A stretch of DNA of 64,000 nucleotides. Origin: Escherichia coli. GTDB lineage: Bacteria > Pseudomonadota > Gammaproteobacteria > Enterobacterales > Enterobacteriaceae. Under the pieces are notes generated by a model, which did not search any database, was not told where the DNA came from, and was given only the letters and a program-made list of their open reading frames with translations. Below are positions 10,815-21,057 of the stretch, in pieces. The position numbers and the translations under genes are program-made. Position 1 is the stretch's first letter, and each line of letters opens with the position of its first letter. The stretch is taken from NCBI RefSeq assembly GCF_013315695.1, contig NZ_CP054353.1. One strand, given 5' to 3'.

Positions 10815-12329
10815 TTAATCCTCTCGGGCAAAAAGTGCCTCAATAAAGTCGTCCGCTTTAAACGGACGCAAATCCTCAATACGTTCGCCGACACCAATGT
10901 AGCGGATAGGAATACCAAACTGGTCAGCCACCGAGAAAATTACCCCACCTTTCGCTGTACCGTCCAGTTTCGTCAACGTAATGCCGGTTAAACCAACCGC
11001 TTCGTGGAACAGTTTGGCCTGGCTTACCGCATTCTGCCCGGTGCTGGCGTCAATTGTCAGCATAACTTCATGCGGGGCTTCAACGTCGAGCTTCTTCATC
11101 ACGCGGACGATTTTCTTCAGCTCTTCCATCAGGTGCGATTTGTTCTGCAAACGTCCGGCGGTATCGGCAATTAATACGTCGATGTTACGTGCCTTCGCAG
11201 CCTGAATGGCATCGAAGATAACAGAGGCAGAATCGGCACCAGTATGCTGAGCAATCACCGGAATATTGTTGCGCTGGCCCCAGACCTGAAGCTGTTCAAC
11301 CGCTGCCGCACGGAAGGTATCGCCCGCCGCCAGCATCACCGATTTACCCTGCTGCTCAAACTGACGCGCCAGCTTACCGATAGTGGTGGTTTTACCCACG
11401 CCGTTGACGCCTACCATCAGGATCACAAACGGCGCTTTGCCTTCGACGTTAAGCGGTTCATCGACTTTTGCCAGAATCTCGCCCATCTCTTCTTTCAACA
11501 GGCCGTAGAGCGCCTCAGCATCGCGAAGCTGCTTGCGGGTCGCGCCTTCGGTCAGATTAGTGATGATTTTGCGCGTAGTTTCCACACCCACGTCGGCAAT
11601 GAGCAGTTGTTCTTCCAGCTCTTCAAACAGATCATCGTCGATTTTTTTGCCACGGAACAGGCTGATAAATCCTGAACCGAGGTTTTCTTTAGTCTTCAGA
11701 AGGCTGCGTTTCAGGCGCGCGAAGAAACCTTCTTTGGTTGGTTTTTCCTGCTCCTGGGCAATTTCTTCAACCAACGGCTCTTCTTCTACCGCAGGAACAA
11801 GCTCCACCGCCTCTTCTGCGGCTTCATCAGCCAACGCCTGCGCTTCCAGCTCTTCGTCGGTAATCTCTTCTTTTGCCGCTTCTTCTTCCGCCGCGTCGAC
11901 AATCTCTACCGTTTCTGCTTCTGCCTGCCATTCTTCTGGCGAAATCTCTTCGGCTTTGACTTCTTCCGGCAGCGGTTGCTCTTCACGCTCACTAGCCACA
12001 GGCTCAGGTGTGGCTTCAGATTCAACTACCGGTTCCGGCTCTGCAATAACTTCCGGTTCGCTAACCGCTTCCGGCTGCGCTTTTTCGTTTTCGGCAACCT
12101 GTTCAGTGACTTGAACGACGTCGGCAGCGAAAGTTTCCGCCTCTGCTTCAGTATGTGTCTGAGGCAGCTCTTCTGTAGGCTGTTCAGCGACCTTCGCAGG
12201 CTCTTGCGCCTGAACGGTCTCTTCTACAACCGGTTGATCGTTCTGGACTTCTGTCTCTTTTTCCGGGGTCTGCTCTTTTTGACCAAAGCCCAGCCAGGAA
12301 AAAAAGCCACGTTTTTTTTCTTTCGCCAT
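10815..12329 (-). CDS. ftsY: Signal recognition particle receptor FtsY
   Basis: 504 aa; acidic E/A/P-rich N-terminal domain then NG GTPase domain (GVNGVGKTTT, DTAGR). Confidence 0.94.
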   Translation of the reverse strand: MAKEKKRGFFSWLGFGQKEQTPEKETEVQNDQPVVEETVQAQEPAKVAEQPTEELPQTHTEAEAETFAADVVQVTEQVAENEKAQPEAVSEPEVIAEPEPVVESEATPEPVASEREEQPLPEEVKAEEISPEEWQAEAETVEIVDAAEEEAAKEEITDEELEAQALADEAAEEAVELVPAVEEEPLVEEIAQEQEKPTKEGFFARLKRSLLKTKENLGSGFISLFRGKKIDDDLFEELEEQLLIADVGVETTRKIITNLTEGATRKQLRDAEALYGLLKEEMGEILAKVDEPLNVEGKAPFVILMVGVNGVGKTTTIGKLARQFEQQGKSVMLAAGDTFRAAAVEQLQVWGQRNNIPVIAQHTGADSASVIFDAIQAAKARNIDVLIADTAGRLQNKSHLMEELKKIVRVMKKLDVEAPHEVMLTIDASTGQNAVSQAKLFHEAVGLTGITLTKLDGTAKGGVIFSVADQFGIPIRYIGVGERIEDLRPFKADDFIEALFARED

Positions 12330-12481
12330 CTGCGACTACACTCCTCGCTGTTGCTTCATGGCACAGCGTTAACGACGCTATGTACATAGCAGCTATAAAA
12401 ATGATGAAATAGTCTATCACTTAACTTAATTCACATCACCGCCTGCAAGTATGTGTTAACAGGCGGATTGAGCAAATTGTC

Positions 12482-13078
12482 ATGAAAAAACCGAATCATT
12501 CCGGCAGCGGCCAAATCCGCATTATTGGCGGTCAGTGGCGAGGCCGTAAACTCCCGGTTCCGAATAGCCCTGGTCTGCGCCCCACCACCGATCGCGTACG
12601 TGAAACGCTGTTTAACTGGCTGGCGCCAGTCATTGTTGATGCGCAATGTCTGGATTGTTTCGCCGGCAGCGGCGCACTGGGGCTGGAAGCCTTGTCGCGC
12701 TACGCTGCGGGGGCTACGCTGATTGAGATGGAGCGCACAGTTTCTCAGCAGTTAATCAAAAATCTGGCGACGCTGAAAGCAGGCAATGCACGCGTGGTGA
12801 ACAGTAATGCGATGTCATTCCTGGCGCAAAAAGGTACGCCGCATAATATCGTATTTGTCGATCCGCCATTCCGTCGTGGCTTGTTAGAAGAGACGATTAA
12901 TTTACTGGAAGATAACGGCTGGCTGGCTGACGAAGCCTGGGTTTATGTCGAAAGCGAAGTCGAAAACGGTCTGCCCACCGTTCCGGCAAACTGGTCGTTA
13001 TATCGCGAAAAAGTAGCGGGTCAGGTTGCTTATCGCCTGTATCAACGTGAAACACAAGGAGAAAGTGATGCTGATTAA
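12482..13078 (+). CDS. rsmD: 16S rRNA m2G966 methyltransferase RsmD
   Basis: 198 aa, MKKPNHSGSGQIRIIGGQWRGRKL..., DPPF motif. Confidence 0.93.
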   Translation: MKKPNHSGSGQIRIIGGQWRGRKLPVPNSPGLRPTTDRVRETLFNWLAPVIVDAQCLDCFAGSGALGLEALSRYAAGATLIEMERTVSQQLIKNLATLKAGNARVVNSNAMSFLAQKGTPHNIVFVDPPFRRGLLEETINLLEDNGWLADEAWVYVESEVENGLPTVPANWSLYREKVAGQVAYRLYQRETQGESDAD

Positions 13079-13337
13079 TATTGGACGCTTGTTAATGCTC
13101 TGCGTATGGGGATTTTTAATCCTTAATATTTTTCAGCCCTTCCCACGCCCGCTGAATATTTTCGTTAATGTGGCGCTGATTTTTACCGTGCTGATGCATG
13201 GTATGCAACTGGCGCTATTGCAATCGACCTTACCAAAAGATGGCCCGCAGATGACGACCGCCGAAAAGGTGCGTATTTTCCTTTTCGGCGTGTTTGAACT
13301 GTTAATCTGGCAGAAGAAATTTAAAGTTAAAAAATAG
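13068..13337 (+). CDS. yhhL: Small inner-membrane protein YhhL (DUF1145)
   Basis: ORF 13026..13337; start set at MLINIGRLLML preceded by AAGGAG; overlaps rsmD stop. Confidence 0.8.
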   Translation: MLINIGRLLMLCVWGFLILNIFQPFPRPLNIFVNVALIFTVLMHGMQLALLQSTLPKDGPQMTTAEKVRIFLFGVFELLIWQKKFKVKK

Positions 13338-13339
13338 CG

Positions 13340-13699
13340 TTATTGCTCACCAACAAAGCTGACAAAGCGCGTTCCTTTATAGCTCAGCGTACCTTTCTCC
13401 CCCACCGTCAGGGCGTGGTACTGCTGAGCATCAAGGCGGAAGGTCTGCTCCAGCCCGCCGCTTTGCGGTTTGAAACTTGCCTCATAGCGCATGCTGGTTC
13501 CAGCCGGAGTGACCTCCTGCTGACGCGAACGGCGATCGTTAATCGGTTTTTCCCGCTTGTTGCTCACCACCACCAGCTTTTGCTGGAGCGGAGCCATATC
13601 ATTATCAGCTTTTTCCCGTCGCTGCTGCATAAAGCGAAACGATGCAGCGACAATAATTAAGCCAATGATAACAATAAAGAAAAGAGGTGGTTTACTCAT
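13340..13699 (-). CDS. yhhM: Uncharacterized protein YhhM (DUF2500)
   Basis: 119 aa, N-terminal TM helix, K-12 synteny. Confidence 0.85.
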   Translation of the reverse strand: MSKPPLFFIVIIGLIIVAASFRFMQQRREKADNDMAPLQQKLVVVSNKREKPINDRRSRQQEVTPAGTSMRYEASFKPQSGGLEQTFRLDAQQYHALTVGEKGTLSYKGTRFVSFVGEQ

Positions 13700-13839
13700 C
13701 GTTATCCCTCATCGGAAAATGAGGAAATAAGCATACCCTGCCAGTTATGGTGTTGTCATCCGTCCACCCTCGCCACTAAACTGGAGGCAAGACCGTAAGC
13801 ATTCCGCTTACGAAAAAATAACGAATTCAAGGAACTAAG

Positions 13840-14466
13840 ATGCTTTGGTCGTTTATCGCTGTCTGTCTTTCCGCATGGCTATCTGTGGATGCATCGTATC
13901 GTGGGCCAACCTGGCAACGCTGGGTGTTTAAACCGTTAACCCTTCTTCTCCTGCTGTTGCTGGCCTGGCAAGCGCCGATGTTCGACGCCATTAGCTATCT
14001 GGTGCTGGCGGGGCTGTGTGCCTCACTGCTGGGCGATGCGCTAACCCTGTTGCCACGTCAACGTCTGATGTACGCCATCGGCGCGTTTTTCCTCTCGCAC
14101 CTGCTGTACACCATCTATTTCGCCAGTCAGATGACGCTCTCCTTCTTCTGGCCTCTGCCGTTGGTGCTGTTGGTTCTGGGCGCGCTGTTACTGGCGATTA
14201 TCTGGACGCGTCTGGAAGAGTATCGTTGGCCTATCTGCACGTTTATCGGCATGACGCTGGTGATGGTGTGGCTGGCAGGTGAACTGTGGTTCTTCCGTCC
14301 GACCGCTCCGGCACTCTCTGCGTTTGTCGGCGCTTCGTTGCTGTTTATCAGTAACTTTGTCTGGCTGGGTAGTCACTATCGCCGACGCTTCCGTGCGGAC
14401 AACGCGATTGCTGCGGCCTGCTACTTTGCTGGTCACTTCCTCATCGTCCGCTCGCTGTATCTCTGA
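13840..14466 (+). CDS. yhhN: Inner membrane protein YhhN (YhhN family)
   Basis: 208 aa polytopic membrane protein, K-12 synteny. Confidence 0.88.
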
Positions 14467-14472
14467 TAAAAC

Positions 14473-14504
14473 TTGACTCTGGAGTCGACTCCAGAGTGTA
14501 TCCT
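14473..14504 (+). promoter_or_regulatory. zntA promoter with ZntR (MerR-family) operator
   Basis: -35 TTGACT (14473..14478), 20-bp spacer containing perfect palindrome ACTCTGGAGTCGACTCCAGAGT (14476..14497), -10-like TATCCT (14499..14504); elongated spacer typical of MerR-type promoters. Confidence 0.85.
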
Positions 14505-14539
14505 TCGGTTAATGAGAAAAAACTTAACCGGAGGATGCC

Positions 14540-16738
14540 ATGTCGACTCCTGACAATCACGGCAAGAAAGCCCCTCAATTTGCTGCGTTCAAACCGCTAA
14601 CCACGGTACAGAACGCCAACGACTGTTGCTGCGACGGCGCATGTTCCAGCACGCCAACGCTCTCTGAAAACGTCTCCGGCACCCGCTATAGCTGGAAAGT
14701 CAGCGGCATGGACTGCGCCGCCTGTGCGCGCAAGGTAGAAAATGCCGTGCGCCAGCTTGCAGGCGTGAATCAGGTGCAGGTGTTGTTCGCCACCGAAAAA
14801 TTGGTAGTCGATGCCGACAATGACATCCGTGCCCAGGTTGAATCTGCGGTGCAAAAAGCGGGCTATTCCCTGCGCGATGAACAGACCACCGACGAACCAC
14901 AAGCATCACGCCTGAAAGAGAATCTGCCGCTGATTACGCTAATCGTGATGATGGCAATCAGCTGGGGTCTGGAGCAGTTCAATCATCCGTTCGGGCAACT
15001 GGCGTTTATCGCGACCACGCTGGTTGGGCTGTACCCGATTGCTCGTCAGGCATTACGGCTGATCAAATCTGGCAGCTACTTCGCCATTGAAACCTTAATG
15101 AGCATAGCCGCTATTGGGGCGCTGTTTATTGGCGCAACGGCTGAAGCTGCGATGGTGTTGCTGCTGTTTTTGATTGGTGAACGACTGGAAGGCTGGGCCG
15201 CCAGCCGCGCGCGTCAGGGCGTTAGCGCGTTAATGGCGCTGAAACCAGAAACCGCCACGCGCCTGCGTAACGGTGAGCGTGAAGAGGTGGCGATTAACAG
15301 CCTGCGACCTGGCGATGTGATTGAAGTCGCCGCAGGTGGGCGTTTGCCTGCCGACGGTAAACTGCTCTCACCGTTTGCCAGTTTTGATGAAAGCGCCCTG
15401 ACCGGAGAATCCATTCCTGTGGAGCGCGCGACGGGCGATAAAGTTCCTGCAGGCGCCACCAGCGTAGACCGTCTGGTAACGCTGGAAGTGCTGTCAGAAC
15501 CGGGTGCCAGCGCCATTGACCGGATTCTGAAACTGATCGAAGAAGCCGAAGAGCGTCGCGCCCCCATTGAGCGGTTTATCGACCGTTTCAGCCGTATCTA
15601 CACGCCAGCGATTATGGCCGTCGCCCTGCTGGTAACGCTGGTGCCGCCGCTGCTGTTTGCCGCCAGCTGGCAGGAGTGGATTTATAAAGGGCTGACGCTG
15701 CTGCTGATTGGTTGCCCGTGTGCGTTAGTTATCTCCACGCCCGCGGCGATTACCTCCGGGCTGGCGGCAGCAGCGCGTCGTGGGGCGTTGATTAAAGGCG
15801 GCGCGGCGCTGGAGCAGCTGGGTCGTGTTACCCAGGTGGCGTTTGATAAAACCGGTACGCTGACCGTCGGTAAACCGCGCGTTACCGCGATTCATCCGGC
15901 AACGGGTATTAGTGAATCTGAACTGCTGACACTGGCGGCGGCGGTCGAGCAAGGCGCGACGCATCCACTGGCACAAGCCATAGTGCGCGAAGCACAGGTT
16001 GCTGAACTCGCCATTCCCACCGCCCAATCACAGCGGGCGCTGGTCGGGTCTGGCATTGAAGCGCAGGTTAACGGTGAGCGCGTGTTGATATGCGCTGCCG
16101 GAAAACATCCTGCTGATGCATTTGCTGGTTTGATTAATGAACTGGAAAGCGCCGGGCAAACGGTAGTGCTGGTAGTACGTAATGATGACGTGCTGGGTGT
16201 CATTGCGTTGCAGGATACCCTGCGCGCCGATGCTGCAACTGCTATCAGTGAACTGAACGCGCTGGGCGTCAAAGGGGTGATCCTCACCGGCGATAATCCA
16301 CGCGCCGCGGCGGCAATTGCCGGGGAGCTGGGGCTGGAATTTAAAGCGGGCCTATTGCCGGAAGATAAAGTCAAAGCGGTGACCGAGCTGAATCAACATG
16401 CGCCGCTGGCGATGGTCGGTGATGGTATTAACGACGCGCCAGCGATGAAAGCCGCCACCATTGGGATTGCAATGGGCAGTGGCACAGACGTGGCGCTGGA
16501 AACCGCCGATGCAGCATTAACCCATAACCACCTGCGCGGCCTGGTGCAGATGATTGAACTGGCACGCGCCACTCACGCCAATATCCGCCAGAACATCACC
16601 ATTGCGCTGGGGCTGAAAGGCGTTTTCCTCGTCACCACACTGTTAGGAATGACCGGGCTATGGCTGGCGGTGCTGGCAGATACGGGTGCGACGGTGCTGG
16701 TGACAGCGAATGCGTTAAGATTGTTGCGCAGGAGATAA
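14540..16738 (+). CDS. zntA: Zn(II)/Cd(II)/Pb(II)-translocating P-type ATPase ZntA
   Basis: 732 aa; N-terminal metal-binding GMDCAACARKVE, CPC motif, DKTGTLT phosphorylation motif, GDGINDAP. Confidence 0.96.
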   Translation: MSTPDNHGKKAPQFAAFKPLTTVQNANDCCCDGACSSTPTLSENVSGTRYSWKVSGMDCAACARKVENAVRQLAGVNQVQVLFATEKLVVDADNDIRAQVESAVQKAGYSLRDEQTTDEPQASRLKENLPLITLIVMMAISWGLEQFNHPFGQLAFIATTLVGLYPIARQALRLIKSGSYFAIETLMSIAAIGALFIGATAEAAMVLLLFLIGERLEGWAASRARQGVSALMALKPETATRLRNGEREEVAINSLRPGDVIEVAAGGRLPADGKLLSPFASFDESALTGESIPVERATGDKVPAGATSVDRLVTLEVLSEPGASAIDRILKLIEEAEERRAPIERFIDRFSRIYTPAIMAVALLVTLVPPLLFAASWQEWIYKGLTLLLIGCPCALVISTPAAITSGLAAAARRGALIKGGAALEQLGRVTQVAFDKTGTLTVGKPRVTAIHPATGISESELLTLAAAVEQGATHPLAQAIVREAQVAELAIPTAQSQRALVGSGIEAQVNGERVLICAAGKHPADAFAGLINELESAGQTVVLVVRNDDVLGVIALQDTLRADAATAISELNALGVKGVILTGDNPRAAAAIAGELGLEFKAGLLPEDKVKAVTELNQHAPLAMVGDGINDAPAMKAATIGIAMGSGTDVALETADAALTHNHLRGLVQMIELARATHANIRQNITIALGLKGVFLVTTLLGMTGLWLAVLADTGATVLVTANALRLLRRR

Positions 16739-16744
16739 GGCAAA

Positions 16745-16795
16745 CCGATCGCAACATTGAGCGCGATCGGTCCCCTCGCTCCTCTGGGGAGAGGG
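16745..16795. terminator. Hairpin cluster between convergent zntA and tusA
   Basis: ccgatcgc...gcgatcgg (16745..16770) and cctct-gggg-agagg (16781..16794). Confidence 0.4.
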
Positions 16796-16839
16796 TTAGG
16801 GTGAGGGGAAAAGGCGGCATCGAAGCCAATCTTTCCCCA

Positions 16840-17085
16840 TCAACCGCCTTTGCGAATCAAATAACGATAAGGCAGTCCATCCGTCTCTTTCGCAACCAGT
16901 TCGTGTTCCATAAAGGTACAAAACCCAGGAATATCGCGTGTCGTCGCCGGATCGTCAGCAATAATCAGCAACGTTTCACCTGGCTGCATATTGCGCACTG
17001 TTTTGCGCACCATCATTACTGGTTCCGGGCAGCGCAGGCCAAGTGCGTCGAGTGTGTGGTCAGGGCTGGAAAAGAGATCGGTCAT
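16840..17085 (-). CDS. tusA: Sulfur carrier protein TusA
   Basis: 81 aa, [28 protein letters not shown] (CPxP motif). Confidence 0.95.
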
Positions 17086-17263
17086 TTTCTTCTCATCACA
17101 TAAAAAAACGGCGCTAGTTTACGCCCTGTGAGTCCGTAAGCAAACCAGGTTAACGATTGCGTGAAAATTAACCATTGCATTGTCAACGTAAAGCAGTATC
17201 ATGCGGCGGCTCGAAAAAAGGGTCAGCACGTTATTATGTTAAGGTAACAGACGTGTCGTACGT

Positions 17264-17299
17264 ATTGGGTTCCCTCACCCCAATGGTTAATCAAAAAGG
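17264..17299 (+). promoter_or_regulatory. Candidate preQ1-I-like riboswitch/leader element in yhhQ 5' UTR
   Basis: Hairpin ATTGGG-UUCCCUCA-CCCAAT followed by A-rich tail GGTTAATCAAAAAGG that includes the SD, ending 6 nt before the yhhQ ATG; architecture resembles the preQ1-I aptamer as I remember it. Confidence 0.35.
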
Positions 17300-17305
17300 T
17301 ACAAT

Positions 17306-17971
17306 ATGAACGTTTTCTCGCAAACGCAACGCTATAAGGCGTTGTTCTGGTTATCGTTATTTCATCTTCTGGTGATCACCTCCAGTAACTATCTGGTTCA
17401 GCTTCCCGTCTCCATTTTTGGTTTCCATACCACCTGGGGCGCGTTTAGCTTTCCGTTTATTTTCCTTGCTACCGACCTGACTGTGCGTATTTTTGGCGCA
17501 CCGCTGGCTCGTCGCATCATCTTTGCGGTAATGATCCCCGCATTGCTGATCTCCTACGTCATCTCATCGCTGTTTTATATGGGGTCATGGCAAGGATTCG
17601 GCGCGCTCGCCCACTTCAACCTGTTTGTCGCCCGTATCGCCACCGCCAGTTTCATGGCCTACGCGCTGGGGCAGATCCTCGACGTGCACGTTTTTAACCG
17701 CCTGCGTCAGAGTCGTCGCTGGTGGCTGGCACCGACGGCTTCCACCCTGTTTGGTAACGTCAGCGACACGCTGGCCTTCTTCTTCATTGCCTTCTGGCGC
17801 AGCCCGGATGCCTTTATGGCTGAACACTGGATGGAAATCGCGCTGGTCGATTACTGTTTCAAAGTGTTAATCAGTATCGTTTTCTTCCTGCCAATGTATG
17901 GCGTATTACTCAATATGCTGTTGAAAAGACTGGCAGATAAATCCGGAATCAACGCTTTGCAGGCGAGTTAA
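17306..17971 (+). CDS. yhhQ: Queuosine precursor (preQ0/preQ1) transporter YhhQ (COG1738)
   Basis: 221 aa polytopic membrane protein, MNVFSQTQRYKALFWLSLFHLLVITSSNYLVQ... Confidence 0.92.
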   Translation: MNVFSQTQRYKALFWLSLFHLLVITSSNYLVQLPVSIFGFHTTWGAFSFPFIFLATDLTVRIFGAPLARRIIFAVMIPALLISYVISSLFYMGSWQGFGALAHFNLFVARIATASFMAYALGQILDVHVFNRLRQSRRWWLAPTASTLFGNVSDTLAFFFIAFWRSPDAFMAEHWMEIALVDYCFKVLISIVFFLPMYGVLLNMLLKRLADKSGINALQAS

Positions 17972-18043
17972 AGGTTCGTTATCAGAGTTGTGATAAGATG
18001 GATGAATGAGCCGTTATGGCCGTTTATCGAAAGGAAGAAGTCA

Positions 18044-18601
18044 ATGCGCAATCTGGTTAAATATGTCGGAATTGGCCTGCTGGTTATGGGGCTTGCGGCC
18101 TGTGATGATAAAGACACTAACGCTACGGCGCAGGGTTCGGTCGCGGAAAGTAACGCTACCGGGAATCCCGTCAACCTGCTTGATGGCAAGTTAAGTTTCT
18201 CGCTGCCAGCGGATATGACCGACCAGAGCGGTAAGCTGGGAACGCAGGCTAATAACATGCATGTCTGGTCCGACGCCACCGGGCAAAAAGCAGTCATCGT
18301 CATCATGGGCGATGATCCGAAAGAAGATCTGGCGGTGCTGGCGAAGCGCCTGGAAGATCAGCAACGTAGCCGCGATCCGCAGCTGCAAGTGGTAACCAAT
18401 AAAGCCATTGAGCTGAAAGGTCACAAAATGCAGCAGTTAGACAGCATTATCTCCGCGAAAGGCCAGACGGCGTACTCTTCCGTTATTCTGGGTAACGTGG
18501 GTAATCAACTGCTGACCATGCAAATTACGCTGCCCGCTGACGATCAGCAAAAAGCACAGACCACCGCAGAAAACATCATTAATACGCTGGTTATTCAGTA
18601 A
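18044..18601 (+). CDS. dcrB: Periplasmic lipoprotein DcrB
   Basis: ORF 17990..18601; start at [20 protein letters not shown] (lipobox), SD AAGGAAG upstream. Confidence 0.9.
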
Positions 18602-18604
18602 GTT

Positions 18605-19822
18605 TTAAGATGATGAGATGGCCTCAGGTACTTCCACCGGAGGCCGTTTTTTTAATCGCCACGTCAGTAATAACGCGATTGCGACCAGTCCCGCCGCCGC
18701 CAGATAAATCACCGGGACGCCCGCCCAACTCATCACCAGCCCAGCCAGTGGTCCGGTCACGCCAAGCGATAAATCCATAAATACGGTGTAAGTTGCCAGC
18801 GCCGCCCCCTGATTTTGCTGCGGAACCGCTTTTACCGCCACTACGCCCAATGCCGGGAACACCAGCGAAAACCCCGCCCCCGCGAGTAAGACGCCGATTT
18901 TCGCCATCCACGGCATAGTCGCCACGCCAACCAGTAGCAGGCCGATTATCTCAACGCTAAAGCAAATCATCGCCACGTTTAAGCCGCCGATACGGTTAAT
19001 GCCGTTAGGAAATAACAAACGCGTACCGACAAACGCACAGCTAAACAGCGTCAGCGCGAAAGCCGCACCGTCCCAACCTTTAGCGTCATAAAACAGCGTG
19101 ATAAAGGTGGCGATAACGCCAAATCCGGCGGAAGCCAGTGCCAGCGCCATACCGTACAGCCAGACGCGCCCAAGCACCGCACGAAACGGCAGCGGTTTGC
19201 CTTTACTGGCTTTTACCGTCGGACGCGGGATCGCCAACAAAATGGCCACCAGCGCCACGCCCATAATGATTAACGCTAACGCCTGCAATCCGCCCCAGTG
19301 ATAAAACACGACACCTAACGGCGCACCCATCGCCATCGCCCCGTAAGTGACAATACCGTTCCACGAAATCACCCGCCCGATATGTAGCGAACCAACCACG
19401 CCAACACCCCACAGGGTCGATCCCGTTCCGGCAAAACTTTGCCCAATCCCAAGGATTACGCGCCCCAGGCACAGTAATAACAGGCTGATGACGGGCAGAC
19501 TGGCGGTTAATCCCGCCGTCAGATATCCCAGACCGCTCAAAAAGCAGCCGCATAAACCGAAGACGACAATCTTTTTGGGTCCCAGCAAATCGGCGTAACG
19601 TCCGGCATGAGGACGGCTCAGCAAGGTGGCGAAATATTGCAGGCTGATAACCAACCCTGCCCAGAAGGCACTAAATCCCATCACATCATGGACATAGCCC
19701 GGTAATACAGCGAGCGGCAACCCGATGGTGAGGTAGCTGGCGAAGTTAAACATGACAATGGAGACAATGCGCAAATTCAGGCGCAATCCGTTTAGCGCGG
19801 GTTCGGCTACGGGTTCGGGCAT
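18605..19822 (-). CDS. yhhS: MFS transporter YhhS
   Basis: ORF 18605..19864; start trimmed to MPEPVAEPALNGLRLNL (405 aa); 12-TM MFS-like. Confidence 0.9.
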   Translation of the reverse strand: MPEPVAEPALNGLRLNLRIVSIVMFNFASYLTIGLPLAVLPGYVHDVMGFSAFWAGLVISLQYFATLLSRPHAGRYADLLGPKKIVVFGLCGCFLSGLGYLTAGLTASLPVISLLLLCLGRVILGIGQSFAGTGSTLWGVGVVGSLHIGRVISWNGIVTYGAMAMGAPLGVVFYHWGGLQALALIIMGVALVAILLAIPRPTVKASKGKPLPFRAVLGRVWLYGMALALASAGFGVIATFITLFYDAKGWDGAAFALTLFSCAFVGTRLLFPNGINRIGGLNVAMICFSVEIIGLLLVGVATMPWMAKIGVLLAGAGFSLVFPALGVVAVKAVPQQNQGAALATYTVFMDLSLGVTGPLAGLVMSWAGVPVIYLAAAGLVAIALLLTWRLKKRPPVEVPEAISSS

Positions 19823-19953
19823 GAGGATCACCACATTTTTACAACAGTGTTTCATTTTTACCACGTGCTGACGTGAAAATCAGCAGTAAGAATCAGAATA
19901 TTGCTGGCGTGACTCCCGCTACACTTAATACAAAAAGTCACAAGGAAGCCCCA

Positions 19954-21003
19954 ATGGAAACCCCTCAACCCGATAAAACGGGCATGCACATTCTGCTCAA
20001 GCTGGCCTCGCTGGTGGTGATCCTCGCGGGAATTCACGCAGCGGCAGATATCATTGTGCAGCTATTACTGGCGCTGTTTTTTGCCATCGTTCTCAACCCG
20101 CTCGTCACCTGGTTTATTCGTCGGGGAGTACAACGCCCCGTTGCCATTACGATTGTGGTTGTGGTGATGCTGATCGCACTCACCGCGCTGGTCGGCGTAC
20201 TGGCGGCATCGTTTAACGAATTTATCTCTATGCTGCCGAAGTTTAATAAGGAGCTGACGCGCAAACTTTTTAAATTGCAGGAGATGTTGCCTTTTCTTAA
20301 TTTGCATATGTCGCCGGAGCGAATACTGCAGCGGATGGACTCGGAAAAAATGGTTACCTTCACCACGGCGCTAATGACCGGGCTTTCCGGGGCAATGGCG
20401 AGCGTGCTTTTGCTGGTGATGACCGTAGTTTTCATGCTGTTTGAAGTGCGCCACGTCCCTTACAAAATGCGTTTTGCGTTGAATAATCCACAGATTCACA
20501 TCGCCGGACTACACCGCGCCTTAAAAGGTGTTTCGCACTATCTTGCATTGAAGACACTGCTAAGTTTATGGACAGGCGTAATCGTCTGGCTGGGGCTGGC
20601 GCTAATGGGCGTACAGTTTGCGCTGATGTGGGCAGTACTGGCGTTTTTGCTCAACTACGTGCCCAATATCGGCGCGGTAATTTCCGCCGTACCGCCAATG
20701 ATTCAGGTGCTGCTGTTTAATGGCGTTTACGAATGTATTCTGGTCGGCGCATTGTTTTTAGTGGTCCATATGGTCATCGGCAATATTTTAGAACCTCGGA
20801 TGATGGGCCATCGCCTGGGGATGTCCACCATGGTGGTATTTCTTTCATTGTTAATTTGGGGATGGCTGCTCGGCCCGGTAGGGATGCTACTTTCGGTGCC
20901 ATTAACCAGCGTGTGTAAAATCTGGATGGAAACCACCAAAGGCGGTAGCAAACTGGCGATTTTACTGGGGCCAGGCAGACCGAAAAGTCGGTTACCGGGA
21001 TGA
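19954..21003 (+). CDS. yhhT: AI-2E/PerM family transporter YhhT
   Basis: ORF 19873..21003; start at METPQPDKTGMHILLKL preceded by AAGGAAG (349 aa). Confidence 0.9.
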   Translation: METPQPDKTGMHILLKLASLVVILAGIHAAADIIVQLLLALFFAIVLNPLVTWFIRRGVQRPVAITIVVVVMLIALTALVGVLAASFNEFISMLPKFNKELTRKLFKLQEMLPFLNLHMSPERILQRMDSEKMVTFTTALMTGLSGAMASVLLLVMTVVFMLFEVRHVPYKMRFALNNPQIHIAGLHRALKGVSHYLALKTLLSLWTGVIVWLGLALMGVQFALMWAVLAFLLNYVPNIGAVISAVPPMIQVLLFNGVYECILVGALFLVVHMVIGNILEPRMMGHRLGMSTMVVFLSLLIWGWLLGPVGMLLSVPLTSVCKIWMETTKGGSKLAILLGPGRPKSRLPG

Positions 21004-21057
21004 GGCGACAAGTGATACGATACGCACTTTCATTTTCCATTAAACGTTGGCCCTGAT

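Noticed and set aside
11533-12114. 193-aa Ser/Ala-rich ORF on the plus strand
   Set aside because: Antisense shadow of the acidic repetitive region of ftsY.
14597-16374. Several ORFs antisense to zntA (e.g. 15214..15567, 15892..16374)
   Set aside because: Embedded in the P-type ATPase gene; Arg/Ala/Ser-rich translations typical of GC-rich antisense frames.
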